Source of the DNA: a virus
IMG/VR virus record: IMGVR_UViG_3300050821_017570
Location: 123,140-187,139 of that record
Length of the DNA: 64,000 nucleotides
Direction: 5' to 3' (one strand)
In this document: positions 1 to 8,567 of the stretch, piece by piece
How positions within the stretch are numbered: position 1 is the stretch's first letter
Layout of the letters: each line of letters opens with the position of its first letter
Notes under the pieces: model-generated
Told to the model about the DNA's origin: nothing
Seen by the model: only the letters and a program-made list of their open reading frames with translations
The model's database searches: none
Program-made: the position numbers and the translations under genes

Positions 1-61
1 TAATACCGCTCGTTAGCTTTCTCTGTTCGAACCATATTTGACCGATCTTGAGGCTAGTCAT
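1..61 (-). CDS. 5' part of a hypothetical protein (MTSLKIGQIWFEQ...), running off the left window edge
   Basis: ATG overlaps the TGA of the upstream gene (ATGA). The KIGQxW motif is shared with the ORFs at 4890 and 5255. Confidence 0.55.
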   Translation of the reverse strand, partial: MTSLKIGQIWFEQRKLTSGI

Positions 62-492
62 GTGATCGCCTCGATATCGTGCCAGCTGGTGAGCCACTGA
101 CGGTTCACGTCAGCAAAACTGGCCCCGCAGATGCGAAGCATCTTGACTCCCTGATAGGTTTCGACACGCCATTTGCCAGGCGGATAGACCCCCTTGAGGA
201 GCCATCGGATGCATCCACGGCCACGTTCAAACCTGACGTAGCAGCAGAACTTGTTCATGTGGATGATCTTTTCGGCCGCCGGTAACAGCAGCAGATCACT
301 ACGATCGAAAAAGAACGTTACGCCTGCCACACGCTCCAGTTGGTTCCACGCCACCACCGGAATCGTCAGCCGGCTGCGGAGAATCTGACAGCAGTCGTGC
401 TTGGGGCTTCGGTGATGGACCCGTATCTCCGAATAGTGAACCCACGCCTGTGGGACCACCTGTCGGAGCTGAGCCGGTGTATAGAGTTGTGT
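58..492 (-). CDS. hypothetical protein
   Basis: ORF track 58..609. Start moved to MTQLY at 492 because the longer version overlaps the next gene. Confidence 0.6.
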   Translation of the reverse strand, partial: TQLYTPAQLRQVVPQAWVHYSEIRVHHRSPKHDCCQILRSRLTIPVVAWNQLERVAGVTFFFDRSDLLLLPAAEKIIHMNKFCCYVRFERGRGCIRWLLKGVYPPGKWRVETYQGVKMLRICGASFADVNRQWLTSWHDIEAIT

Positions 493-545
493 CATCGTGG
501 CTCCTACCCACCGGCCCCGCGGGGCCGGTGGGGCAGCTTGGCTGA

Positions 546-1082
546 CTAGCCGGCCGCCTGTGCGGCCTTGACCCGCTCGGCCGATGCCTGCAGATGTGCG
601 GCCTTCCACTGGTTGAACCAGCGGTGGGCTTGCGCACCGATCCAGGCCTCGAACCAGGGTTCGTGGAGCGCCAGCTCCAGCACGGGTGGCCGCTCACCGG
701 CCCTGTGGGCCTGCTCGACCAGAACGCACCATTGGCAGTACGAGAGCGCTCGGTTGATCCACCTGAGAGCCGCCTCGCCATTCTGGTCGGGCGTCTCCAG
801 TTCGATCACCGCGTGCGTGCCGTTCTCGCACACCACACCACAGAGGCCTCCATCGAATCGCTCCATATGGCGATACTGGTGAAGCCCCATCAGGGTGACG
901 GTGCAGAAGCCGGTGTTGCGGAGCAGCTGATACAGTTGTGAGGACTTGTCATGGAGAGCTTCCATGAGCTTCGCCCTCACTCCCATCAGACTCTCAGCCG
1001 CGAACGTCGGATTCGGCTCGGTTTGACCGACCGCACACGAATAGGCCCTGAGGGCCAGAATGGGAATCTGCTTGGGTTTCAT
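546..1082 (-). CDS. hypothetical protein
   Basis: 178-aa ORF with an AAGGA SD, tightly packed with its neighbours. Confidence 0.7.
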   Translation of the reverse strand: MKPKQIPILALRAYSCAVGQTEPNPTFAAESLMGVRAKLMEALHDKSSQLYQLLRNTGFCTVTLMGLHQYRHMERFDGGLCGVVCENGTHAVIELETPDQNGEAALRWINRALSYCQWCVLVEQAHRAGERPPVLELALHEPWFEAWIGAQAHRWFNQWKAAHLQASAERVKAAQAAG

Positions 1083-1085
1083 GAA

Positions 1086-1892
1086 TCATCCTTCGTCAGT
1101 GAGACCGTCCTGAGCCCGCTCATCGGTGAGCGAACCCAACACAGCCTCGGTGTGGATTTGCTCGGCATGTTGGGCCATCTGCTGGATCTCGCGCTCCAGC
1201 TGAGCGGGATCGACGGGTGCGGCCTCACTCGCGGGGACCGCGACCTCGTGGATCGTCTGCGGCGCCACCGCATGGGTGGGGCCGAGGACCGTGCGGATCT
1301 TCCGCAGCAACGCCTCTGCGTTGCGATCGCCACCGATGTAGGTGACGACCATCTCGACCTCGCTGGCATACCGGGTCAGAAGATTCTGCCGGGCATGCAC
1401 ACGACGACTGTCGAGAGCGCTCTTGATGGCCGCCACGTCCTTGCGGAAGTGCTTGAGCTGGTCAGAACGCTCGACCCGCTCGTGTGACTGTGAGATCTGC
1501 GCCAGCGCATTGACCTGGCGGCACGTATGGATGCCACGCTGGACCAGCGCGTCCACCAGATCCTCCAGCATGATCTTCAGGTCGATGCCTGGGATGGGAT
1601 TGTTGGGATCGTTGGCCGCCAGATGTACTTCGTAGCTGGCATAGCGGGCCAGCCCTATGAAGCAGTCGGTCAGATTGTTAGCGAATTGACGTCGGCGCGC
1701 CGGCAGGGCGCGGAAGGCAGCCACGTAGTCCTGGTGGGACCGCTTCTGCTTGGCACGCGCATGTTCCATTTCGCGTACCGAAGGTCGCGGAACCAGAAGA
1801 CTCGTTGAGTGACCAAGCGACAGAATGCTCATGAGGAGCACCTGAAGATCGGTGTGGGTGACGGGGGAATGGGAAGTGGGCGAAGCAGCCAT
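1086..1892 (-). CDS. hypothetical helical protein
   Basis: Start at MAASPT with a GGAG SD. The track start at 1928 lies inside a hairpin. Confidence 0.7.
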   Translation of the reverse strand: MAASPTSHSPVTHTDLQVLLMSILSLGHSTSLLVPRPSVREMEHARAKQKRSHQDYVAAFRALPARRRQFANNLTDCFIGLARYASYEVHLAANDPNNPIPGIDLKIMLEDLVDALVQRGIHTCRQVNALAQISQSHERVERSDQLKHFRKDVAAIKSALDSRRVHARQNLLTRYASEVEMVVTYIGGDRNAEALLRKIRTVLGPTHAVAPQTIHEVAVPASEAAPVDPAQLEREIQQMAQHAEQIHTEAVLGSLTDERAQDGLTDEG

Positions 1893-1920
1893 TGGAAACT
1901 CCATCAGCTGGTGAGGAAAC

Positions 1921-1949
1921 ACCCCCACCCTCGATCTGAGGGTGGGGGT
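1921..1949. terminator. 12-bp perfect hairpin, possible terminator or processing stem
   Basis: ACCCCCACCCTC-GATCT-GAGGGTGGGGGT, intergenic, with only a weak U tract. Confidence 0.45.
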
Positions 1950-1972
1950 CGGTCAGTTGACCCAACGTGGGG

Positions 1973-2380
1973 TCAAACGATGTCGTGCTGGCGATTCCCG
2001 TCGAGCGAGATACCGTCCTTGTTCCACCGGAAGGTCTCACGACCGTCCGTGCCTTCCATGACCCAGTCACCGCGCTCGGCGGTGATCTTGGTGATCTGGG
2101 CACTGAAGGTGTTGCGCAGGGCGACGTAGCCCCCTTGCTTGAACCGGGTCACGGCCTCTTCTGTAGGTGCCACATCGACGACCGGGCGATCGAATCGCGG
2201 GGCCGTCTCGGGGGCGGTTTCCACCGGCGCATCGGTCGACGTGGTGGCGGCCCTGACGCCCAACGCGTCACGAAGGTCATCCATCACGTCGGCCAGTTCG
2301 CTGAACAGCTCGTTCACGCGAGCCATGTCGACGGTGGGAGGGGTACGACGGGTACGAGGAGCACGAGTTTCGGTCGGCAT
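1973..2380 (-). CDS. hypothetical protein
   Basis: ORF track; start taken at MPTETR. Confidence 0.7.
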   Translation of the reverse strand: MPTETRAPRTRRTPPTVDMARVNELFSELADVMDDLRDALGVRAATTSTDAPVETAPETAPRFDRPVVDVAPTEEAVTRFKQGGYVALRNTFSAQITKITAERGDWVMEGTDGRETFRWNKDGISLDGNRQHDIV

Positions 2381-2423
2381 ATGATTCGATTCTAGGGCCA
2401 AGCCCTATCAGGAGAAAAGGGAC

Positions 2424-2447
2424 AAAACCTCGACTGGTTAGTCGAGG
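2424..2447 (-). terminator. rho-independent terminator
   Basis: Minus strand reads CCTCGACT-AACC-AGTCGAGG followed by TTTT, overlapping the stop codon of 2438..2746. Confidence 0.6.
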
Positions 2448-2746
2448 CTAGCCGAGACGGCCCGGTGGGCCTGCTCGGCTTCCCATTGTTTCAGTTCAGA
2501 GAAGGGGTGCTGCCGATCCATTTCTACCCACGCGTGTGGATCGAGCTGGAACAGCGCATCCTTCGCAACCAGCCAGGTCTGCCTGGCCCGCGCGGTGCGG
2601 GACTCCAGACAGACTGCCTTCACATCATCCACAAAATCCAATGCATCGGGCCGTTGGATCAGGAGAGCGATCGCTTCACGCTTCGCCGCCTGACTACGAC
2701 CCCTGAGGGCCGCACGGATATGACTTGGGTTATTTTGAATCGGCAT
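2438..2746 (-). CDS. hypothetical protein
   Basis: 102-aa ORF with a GAGGAGG SD. Confidence 0.7.
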   Translation of the reverse strand: MPIQNNPSHIRAALRGRSQAAKREAIALLIQRPDALDFVDDVKAVCLESRTARARQTWLVAKDALFQLDPHAWVEMDRQHPFSELKQWEAEQAHRAVSASLD

Positions 2747-2800
2747 AACGCCTCCTCTGATGATGTGGTGGTGTCAGGATGAGTCAGAAACGAGACGGAA

Positions 2801-3061
2801 CTAGCGTGCGCGGAATCCGAGTCGCAACACATTGGCCTTGTCGGCGAATGCGCTGTGGAGGGCTGTGAACTCGTCTGCGGTCAGTCCGACAGTCGCTATC
2901 TTGTCGAAGGCACTCCTCAGATTGGTGCGTAGATAGTCGCCACGATCACGGATGCCGCGACGATCGACGCTCGTGCGGGCCCTGGCGGCATTCTGACGGA
3001 CACAGTCGGCGATCCAGGCATCCTGGCGCGCACGGTTGGGATTGATGGCCTGGGTAGGCAT
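2801..3061 (-). CDS. hypothetical protein
   Basis: 86-aa ORF with an AAGGA SD. Confidence 0.65.
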   Translation of the reverse strand: MPTQAINPNRARQDAWIADCVRQNAARARTSVDRRGIRDRGDYLRTNLRSAFDKIATVGLTADEFTALHSAFADKANVLRLGFRAR

Positions 3062-3103
3062 GAGAATCCTTTCGAATGGTTGGAAACAGGTGGAGAGGGC
3101 GAA

Positions 3104-3412
3104 CTACCGCTGGGAGTTGATCCCAATGGCAGCTCGCTCCTCGGGGGTGAGGGTAGCGTGGATCTTGGACAGGGCGGAGGCACGAATGCTGGCTCGGCGG
3201 GCAGTCTCCTGCTCGCGCTGAATACGACGACGATCAGCCTCCTGGTGTTCTGCCCACCAGGTGGCGGTGTTACGGGGAATCCGAATTCCATTGTCCTGGA
3301 GGGACTGACAGGCCGCACACAGCATTTGGGCTAGGAGAGTATGGCGACGCTCCAGCTGCGCTAACTCTTCACCATCTCGGCTACAGCCCCAGCCTCCATC
3401 ACTACATGGCAT
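3104..3412 (-). CDS. hypothetical protein
   Basis: 102-aa ORF abutting the upstream stop codon. Confidence 0.65.
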   Translation of the reverse strand: MPCSDGGWGCSRDGEELAQLERRHTLLAQMLCAACQSLQDNGIRIPRNTATWWAEHQEADRRRIQREQETARRASIRASALSKIHATLTPEERAAIGINSQR

Positions 3413-3413
3413 G

Positions 3414-3731
3414 TTAGACTCCGAATTCTTTAGTCCAGTCGGGCGTTATCGTCAGGCCCGACGGTAGTATGTCTTTGGTCATCGACAGCTCGGTCGCATC
3501 ATCGGCCGCAAGCCTGAGATGTCCGAGGTTGAAACTGATGAGTTTGTCCCGCTCTTCCGCCGAGACAGATCCGTAGCAACCACTTGTTTTCATGTCGTCC
3601 TGAAGCGACACCGCTAGGAGAAGAAGTGGCTTCAACCGCTCGATCAGCCAGAGGCGTCGCGTCCGTGCACAAAACGCAATCTGCGTTCTCATCACGCGGA
3701 TGAATTGTTCGAGTTCTTCCATCTTGGTCAT
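3414..3731 (-). CDS. hypothetical protein
   Basis: ORF track; ATG start taken at MTKMEE. Confidence 0.65.
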   Translation of the reverse strand: MTKMEELEQFIRVMRTQIAFCARTRRLWLIERLKPLLLLAVSLQDDMKTSGCYGSVSAEERDKLISFNLGHLRLAADDATELSMTKDILPSGLTITPDWTKEFGV

Positions 3732-3752
3732 CGGTAGGGCCAATCGATACGG

Positions 3753-4103
3753 TTAGAGCCGCTCTGGATCCGGCTCTGGTGGTGGGTTCGGCTGCACGGG
3801 CTCGATCGGCAAAGTCTTCGGTGGTTCTTCCTCACGATCAAAATCATGAGACAGAAACTCATCTGGGTCCACACCCTTGTGGGTGAGATTGCGGCGAAAC
3901 CGATCAATCTGTTGGTTCTGAATCTTGACGATCTTGGTCAATTGCTCTAACGCCGTTCCACCACGGGCGTTGTATTCCGAAATATGATCGAGCTGACGGT
4001 TCAGTTGGCCAAGCCGTACGGTGACCACACACAGTAGGACAAACATCACGGTGGTCATGACGGCACAACCCATAACGGCAATTTTTTGGTCCCGTGGGGT
4101 CAC
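3753..4103 (-). CDS. membrane-anchored coiled-coil protein
   Basis: N-terminal hydrophobic helix (IAVMGCAVMTTVMFVLLCVVTV), a coiled coil and a Pro-rich tail; GAGGAGG SD. Confidence 0.7.
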   Translation of the reverse strand: MTPRDQKIAVMGCAVMTTVMFVLLCVVTVRLGQLNRQLDHISEYNARGGTALEQLTKIVKIQNQQIDRFRRNLTHKGVDPDEFLSHDFDREEEPPKTLPIEPVQPNPPPEPDPERL

Positions 4104-4109
4104 CGAATC

Positions 4110-4129
4110 CTCCTCTGGTTGACAGAATC
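4110..4129 (-). promoter_or_regulatory. shortened variant of the hairpin-SD cassette
   Basis: GAT TCTG TCAAC CAGA GGAG; 4-bp stem, 2 nt shorter than the consensus. Confidence 0.5.
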
Positions 4130-4144
4130 ATAGGGCCGGCGCTC

Positions 4145-4282
4145 TTACTCCTCGTGAGGTGGCGACGACTCACGCGAACGCCGGCGGCGATCTCTGAAGA
4201 CTTGTTTCGGTCGAGGCATCGGACGGCGGAATGCCGTCCTCAGCTCCTCCACCAGATTGGCCTTTGGATGCTTGCGCTTCAC
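4145..4282 (-). CDS. small basic protein, 45 aa (below the ORF-track cutoff)
   Basis: GTG overlaps the upstream TGA. Reads VKRKHPKANLVEELRTAFRRPMPRPKQVFRDRRRRSRESSPPHEE*. Confidence 0.55.
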   Translation of the reverse strand: MKRKHPKANLVEELRTAFRRPMPRPKQVFRDRRRRSRESSPPHEE

Positions 4283-4641
4283 GCCAGATCCGGCTGATAC
4301 CTGCAAAGCCAATCAACCTCCCAATGCGGATAGATCCGATCGTTGATGACCCCACACATACGGAGACCCGCGACCGAGTTACCCGTATGGACCTGAAACC
4401 GAACCGGTTTCGCGATCACCCCATCGTGGACCCATCGCTCGACCTGATCGATCACATCGATTCCTTCGATCCCAGGCCCGAGATCGTTATCGAAGCTACA
4501 GAACGCTACTGCGTCGTGCCGGAACAGCTCCAGCAGCGACTCGCCGGTCCGGCAGTGCAGCTGGTAGCCTTCCCTCATAGGGCGTCGGTCATCCAGCCAC
4601 ACCACCAGACCGCGACGGTAGCGGTTGGCGATGTCGTCCAT
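4279..4641 (-). CDS. cyclic-phosphate-processing receiver-like (cREC) domain protein
   Basis: The motifs VWLDDRR, SFDNDLG, GIDVIDQV and VHTGN match the LDDxR / SLDHDLG / HSxN pattern of this family. Confidence 0.75.
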   Translation of the reverse strand: MDDIANRYRRGLVVWLDDRRPMREGYQLHCRTGESLLELFRHDAVAFCSFDNDLGPGIEGIDVIDQVERWVHDGVIAKPVRFQVHTGNSVAGLRMCGVINDRIYPHWEVDWLCRYQPDLA

Positions 4642-4880
4642 CAGTCTGCCTTCTTGGCGACCTTCTCGGCGATCTCACCACGCCGGACCTTGCGATTCTT
4701 GGGCCGCCCCACCATGTGGAACTTGTTCTGGCCGTCGCGGTAGCCGTCGCTGACGCAGAACGAGGGTGGCCGACGGGACGGCTTGTTCTTGCCGGCGCCA
4801 TGGTCGCGGTGGCGCTCCGCGCCATTGAAGGGGCTGTAGGGCCAGCCACGGAGGCTCAGAGGGGACTTGTTGGCAGCCAT
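4641..4880 (-). CDS. hypothetical basic protein
   Basis: 79-aa ORF with a GGAG SD. Confidence 0.6.
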   Translation of the reverse strand: MAANKSPLSLRGWPYSPFNGAERHRDHGAGKNKPSRRPPSFCVSDGYRDGQNKFHMVGRPKNRKVRRGEIAEKVAKKAD

Positions 4881-4889
4881 GTTGGCTCC

Positions 4890-5276
4890 TTAGCAGCTAG
4901 TGGTGAAAACACACTGGATCAGTTCGAGCGGTCTATTATATGCATCACTACAGACGAGATAACGGGTTGATGGCGCAGCCGGATCGTAATAGCAGGTAGT
5001 GTAGGCATGTCGATCGGGGCTGACCTGCTGAACACCCACACAAATGTAACCTTCATGTTCGCCATTATCTCCTCTCCATATTTTTACCACTTCCCACTCT
5101 CGCTGAACCACAGGGTTATCTAGGTATCCGAGATTGTGCGGATTGGATATCCAGATCTGACCAATCTTCCATTGGGCGAGCCAATCTCTGCACAGGTTGG
5201 CGGCGCGAGTTTGGTTTTCGAAACCGGTTCTTCCTGGCATGGTGTACCTTTGGATTATGGTGGCGTGTAGAGACAC
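4890..5276 (-). CDS. hypothetical protein, paralog of 5255..5698
   Basis: Shares WxAQWKIGQxWxS ... EWxV ... LIQC with its neighbour. Confidence 0.7.
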   Translation of the reverse strand: MSLHATIIQRYTMPGRTGFENQTRAANLCRDWLAQWKIGQIWISNPHNLGYLDNPVVQREWEVVKIWRGDNGEHEGYICVGVQQVSPDRHAYTTCYYDPAAPSTRYLVCSDAYNRPLELIQCVFTTSC

Positions 5277-5698
5277 TGGATGAGTTGAACCCGACCGAAG
5301 GCAGTATAGAAGATACGATTTCGACCCTCGGTGTTATCGTAGGCGCATTCGCATTCTGGACCAATCCCTGGTGAGTTCGGTTTCAGCCCTACTCTTGTAT
5401 AACCCATAGTCGACATGCAAGAGACTACCCATTCCCCATGATGGGGTCCGAGGCGTGGGTATACTCTGTAGATTTCGAACGACTGCCAGACCTGCCCGAT
5501 CTTCCATTGGGCAAACCACTGCTGTCTGGCCGCATCCTGCAGGGCCGCGGCCTGCCGTTGAGCCGCCTGCGCGGCAGCCACACGCTCTGCCGCCATTCTG
5601 GCAGCTTCCGCTAGCTCAGTGGCCGCTACACCGAGTCGATGGCGATACAAACCCTTCGGCGCACTCCTGGGCTCTGGCCCAATCTGTAGGGTTGGCAT
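5255..5698 (-). CDS. hypothetical protein, paralog of 4890..5276
   Basis: WFAQWKIGQVWQS ... VQLIQCLY. Confidence 0.7.
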   Translation of the reverse strand: MPTLQIGPEPRSAPKGLYRHRLGVAATELAEAARMAAERVAAAQAAQRQAAALQDAARQQWFAQWKIGQVWQSFEIYRVYPRLGPHHGEWVVSCMSTMGYTRVGLKPNSPGIGPECECAYDNTEGRNRIFYTAFGRVQLIQCLYTPP

Positions 5699-5949
5699 TA
5701 GCTGCCCAGGTAGTGGGCGTATGCGGCTTCGATGTTCTGACGCTCTACCGCCGTCAGTGGGGCAATCGCCTCTGCCTTCTCGGCCAGCTGATCGGCCTTA
5801 CGTCGGTAGCCCCGCTTGGCCAGCTTCCTGGCGTCGCACAGGAATCGGTTTCTGACCCCGAATGGACTGGGCGTCCCCTCGGGTACCAATTCCTTCACAT
5901 TCACGTCACTGATCGCCCGGCGGGCTGCTTTTGCTTCGGCTGGATCCAT
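5698..5949 (-). CDS. hypothetical protein
   Basis: 83-aa ORF with stop/start overlaps on both sides. Confidence 0.7.
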   Translation of the reverse strand: MDPAEAKAARRAISDVNVKELVPEGTPSPFGVRNRFLCDARKLAKRGYRRKADQLAEKAEAIAPLTAVERQNIEAAYAHYLGS

Positions 5950-6254
5950 TACGGCTCCTCTTGGTAGGACCAGTCGCCATGGATGGCGTAGTGGTGTGAT
6001 TGGTAGGTGAACGTCAGTACCTGACTCGTCTCATGTACATCTGTGGCTCCGTGGAGCACCGCTGTATCGACTCCATTGGTCATCAGATGCACCGCATAGT
6101 GCTTGGTTGAGGGATGAAGATCCTGCCAAACCATCAGACTGAGGACAACAAACATGAACAAGAGCAGAACGATCCCAAACGAGTGCTCCTCAACCAGCAT
6201 GGCGAACCGTCGATAGCGGTCACCCGGCAGGGTGTTGTCTTCCGGCTCAGGCAC
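5949..6254 (-). CDS. single-pass membrane protein
   Basis: Hydrophobic stretch FGIVLLLFMFVVLSLMVW. Confidence 0.65.
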   Translation of the reverse strand: MPEPEDNTLPGDRYRRFAMLVEEHSFGIVLLLFMFVVLSLMVWQDLHPSTKHYAVHLMTNGVDTAVLHGATDVHETSQVLTFTYQSHHYAIHGDWSYQEEP

Positions 6255-6897
6255 GGATCGGCACCTTCAGCAGCAGTTCACCGTACTTGGCATACTGGGT
6301 GCCGTGGACAAACTCCAGATGGTGGTAGAACTCTGGCATCTGGTCGAGCTGCCGATCCTTCAGCAGTGTCTCCAGCAGCCACGACAGGCCATCATAGAGA
6401 GGTGGCTTGTTCTGCCGCTTCATGTCCGTGCTTGCGAGCCAGCGGGCCCCGATCGGCAGCACGATCGTCAGGAGCGCGTCAACCTCCAGGGTGGCCAACC
6501 GGGTGAGCGTGCCGGTCAGCTGATCGGTCGTTGGGCCCGGCCCCTTCATCACGAACATCAGGACCCGGAAGGCGATCGGAGTGGCGGTCACGGCGATCGG
6601 ATGATCCTCATGAATCAGGTCACAGACCCGACCGACGATCGCCGCACCGATACCCGCTGCCGCATCCAACATGATGTTGGCCAGCTCCTCCTCGATGCGA
6701 CCGTTCTGCAGGTCGGCTGACAGCCAGGCCCGAAAGTCTGCCGTGCAGACATTCAGGCCAGAGATCACGTGGGTGAGATCGGTGTGCTCGGCTGTCGTCA
6801 GCTTGCGATCCAGGCGTCGTTCCAGGACGGGAACGACCCCACGGAGCGCCTCCTTGGTTGCGATGTGAAGCTCGGCGTCGCCGATATTGGTAGGCAT
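6247..6897 (-). CDS. hypothetical helical protein
   Basis: Start at MPTNIG, 5 nt after a hairpin-SD cassette. Confidence 0.75.
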   Translation of the reverse strand: MPTNIGDAELHIATKEALRGVVPVLERRLDRKLTTAEHTDLTHVISGLNVCTADFRAWLSADLQNGRIEEELANIMLDAAAGIGAAIVGRVCDLIHEDHPIAVTATPIAFRVLMFVMKGPGPTTDQLTGTLTRLATLEVDALLTIVLPIGARWLASTDMKRQNKPPLYDGLSWLLETLLKDRQLDQMPEFYHHLEFVHGTQYAKYGELLLKVPIRA

Positions 6898-6902
6898 GGG
6901 TG

Positions 6903-6924
6903 CTCCTCGGACTGTGTCCGAATC
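6903..6924 (-). promoter_or_regulatory. hairpin-SD cassette
   Basis: GAT TCGGAC ACA GTCCGA GGAG. Confidence 0.8.
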
Positions 6925-6932
6925 AATGGTGG

Positions 6933-7088
6933 TCAACGGGTTGCAACGATGATGCCGCCGGCCGACACCAGGAGACGGTACTTACCGTCCCGTGGTGGCA
7001 GCACAGGGGGGACGGCGGGCGGTTGCCTCGGGTGCTGACGCGCTTCGAGTGCTGCCTTCTCACGCCGGACAATCTCATCCAGATTCAT
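6933..7088 (-). CDS. small hypothetical protein, 51 aa
   Basis: ATGA overlap with the upstream gene; MNLDEIVRREKAALEARQHP...IVATR*. Confidence 0.55.
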   Translation of the reverse strand: MNLDEIVRREKAALEARQHPRQPPAVPPVLPPRDGKYRLLVSAGGIIVATR

Positions 7089-7939
7089 GATGGTTCCTTT
7101 TGGACGTTCTCCAACTTCAGACGTTTCAATTCACGATGGTTGAGGGCCTGCTTGCGATAGGCGCGCCAACCCTTCCCCGCGCACAGAACCTCGTGTGCCT
7201 CTATCGGTCGGCCGAAGCCACCGCCGTCGCTGCCATAGAGGACTTGTTCGGCATCCCAGCTCTGGCAGAGCTGACCGATGATGCTGTACCGGCGCACCAG
7301 CAGATCCTCATAGATGCTCGGCTCGCCGGGTTCGAGATACACGTGGTACCAGGTTCCGTTGATCCGATGGATCTCAATCGTGGGGTCATCGGTTGGTCTC
7401 CGCACGGCCAGGATTCGGGCTGCCCGTACGGCCTGCCAGTCCTGTTGGGCCTTCGGCTTGCGCCGGTACCGACAGATCCGTCGGCTGCTTGGGTGGACGT
7501 AGTACTCGGTTCGGGCCCATCCCTGGCCAGCCGGCTCCCACTTGCCACTGTACCCGCACACCTCCAGCTGGGATCCGTTCATGCGGGTCTTGATGTCGAT
7601 GAAGTCGCCTAGATGCTGGTGAACGTGCTTCTCGATCGTCGTGCCGGTCGGTGAGACCTGCTGGCAGAGTTCGCTGTAGAAGCGATCCCAGGAGCGACCG
7701 AGGTTCTTGTGGATCAGGCCGCGAAGCGCGCCCAGATTCTCGCTGAATCGGCGCTTCTCGTCCCACAGGAACCGTTTGGTGAACGACTCGTGGCGTGGTT
7801 CGAACTCCATCTCGCCATAGTCCTCCCGGTCTTCCGGGTTACGGCTACGGTGGGACTTCTTCCAACCCTTCGGATACCCGGAGTCACGGGGGCCGCGACG
7901 GGCATCCTCGCAAATCACCTTTTTCAGATCCGATCGCAT
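7085..7939 (-). CDS. conserved hypothetical protein (ENLxxLR...GRxWDxxYSE...HVxQHL family)
   Basis: The pattern MRxDLxKVIxE...FSENLGALR...GRSWDRFYSELC...HVHQHL...YVHP is recognised from memory as a recurring bacterial/phage family of unknown function. Confidence 0.7.
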   Translation of the reverse strand: MRSDLKKVICEDARRGPRDSGYPKGWKKSHRSRNPEDREDYGEMEFEPRHESFTKRFLWDEKRRFSENLGALRGLIHKNLGRSWDRFYSELCQQVSPTGTTIEKHVHQHLGDFIDIKTRMNGSQLEVCGYSGKWEPAGQGWARTEYYVHPSSRRICRYRRKPKAQQDWQAVRAARILAVRRPTDDPTIEIHRINGTWYHVYLEPGEPSIYEDLLVRRYSIIGQLCQSWDAEQVLYGSDGGGFGRPIEAHEVLCAGKGWRAYRKQALNHRELKRLKLENVQKEPS

Positions 7940-7960
7940 TGGGTATACTTTACCTGAGGG

Positions 7961-8218
7961 TTAGAACTGAACTTCCCTGATACGTGAGATGGGTACGCGC
8001 TTGTCTTTCACAGGGTCGAATGGACGCCAGTAGTACATCCACATCTCTGCTACGGATGAGTTGGAACCCATCGACACCGTGATGTCTCGGGCTTGTACTT
8101 CCGTATCGTGCATGACTTTGTCGGCTGCGCGTTGGATGATTGCCATCGCTTCCTTATAGTCAATGTCACTGAGTTCTCCCTCCTCTATCACTAAAACCGA
8201 ATCCTTTACATACTTCAT
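7961..8218 (-). CDS. hypothetical protein
   Basis: 85-aa ORF with a CAGGAG SD. Confidence 0.7.
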   Translation of the reverse strand: MKYVKDSVLVIEEGELSDIDYKEAMAIIQRAADKVMHDTEVQARDITVSMGSNSSVAEMWMYYWRPFDPVKDKRVPISRIREVQF

Positions 8219-8240
8219 AGATTCTCCTGCAGATGGTGGG

Positions 8241-8492
8241 TTAAGGCTTCGTCAACTCTTGAACTTTTCGGGCAAGCGGACCGATCTCTGGATCAAGGCC
8301 GACTATGCTGCGAAGCGTACGATCCGCTAGCTTGCGAGCGGCTTCCTTGAGGTCCATTTGCTTATTTGCTTCGACCTCAAGCTGCTTGATTTGTGCCTTG
8401 GTATACGCGTGATTCCTTTCTAAAAGTGGAGGGGCCAGATGGAGTCGCACACACCAGAGGTCAGGCCTAGTGGGCCCAGACCTCACACCCAC
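8241..8492 (-). CDS. hypothetical protein
   Basis: ORF track; start uncertain. Confidence 0.5.
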   Translation of the reverse strand: MGVRSGPTRPDLWCVRLHLAPPLLERNHAYTKAQIKQLEVEANKQMDLKEAARKLADRTLRSIVGLDPEIGPLARKVQELTKP

Positions 8493-8567
8493 GTACCGTT
8501 TGCCCGCTAGGGACCGTTACGTGTTCTGGGAAGCCCCATGATCCCCCTCACGTGAGTGGGATGAATG

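Noticed and set aside
2386-2409. TAGGGC-TTG-GCCCTA triloop upstream of 1973..2380 as a further cassette copy
   Set aside because: Same 6-3-6 geometry and GGC/GCC core, but it lacks the TC/GA ends and the adjoining GGAG, so it was not counted.
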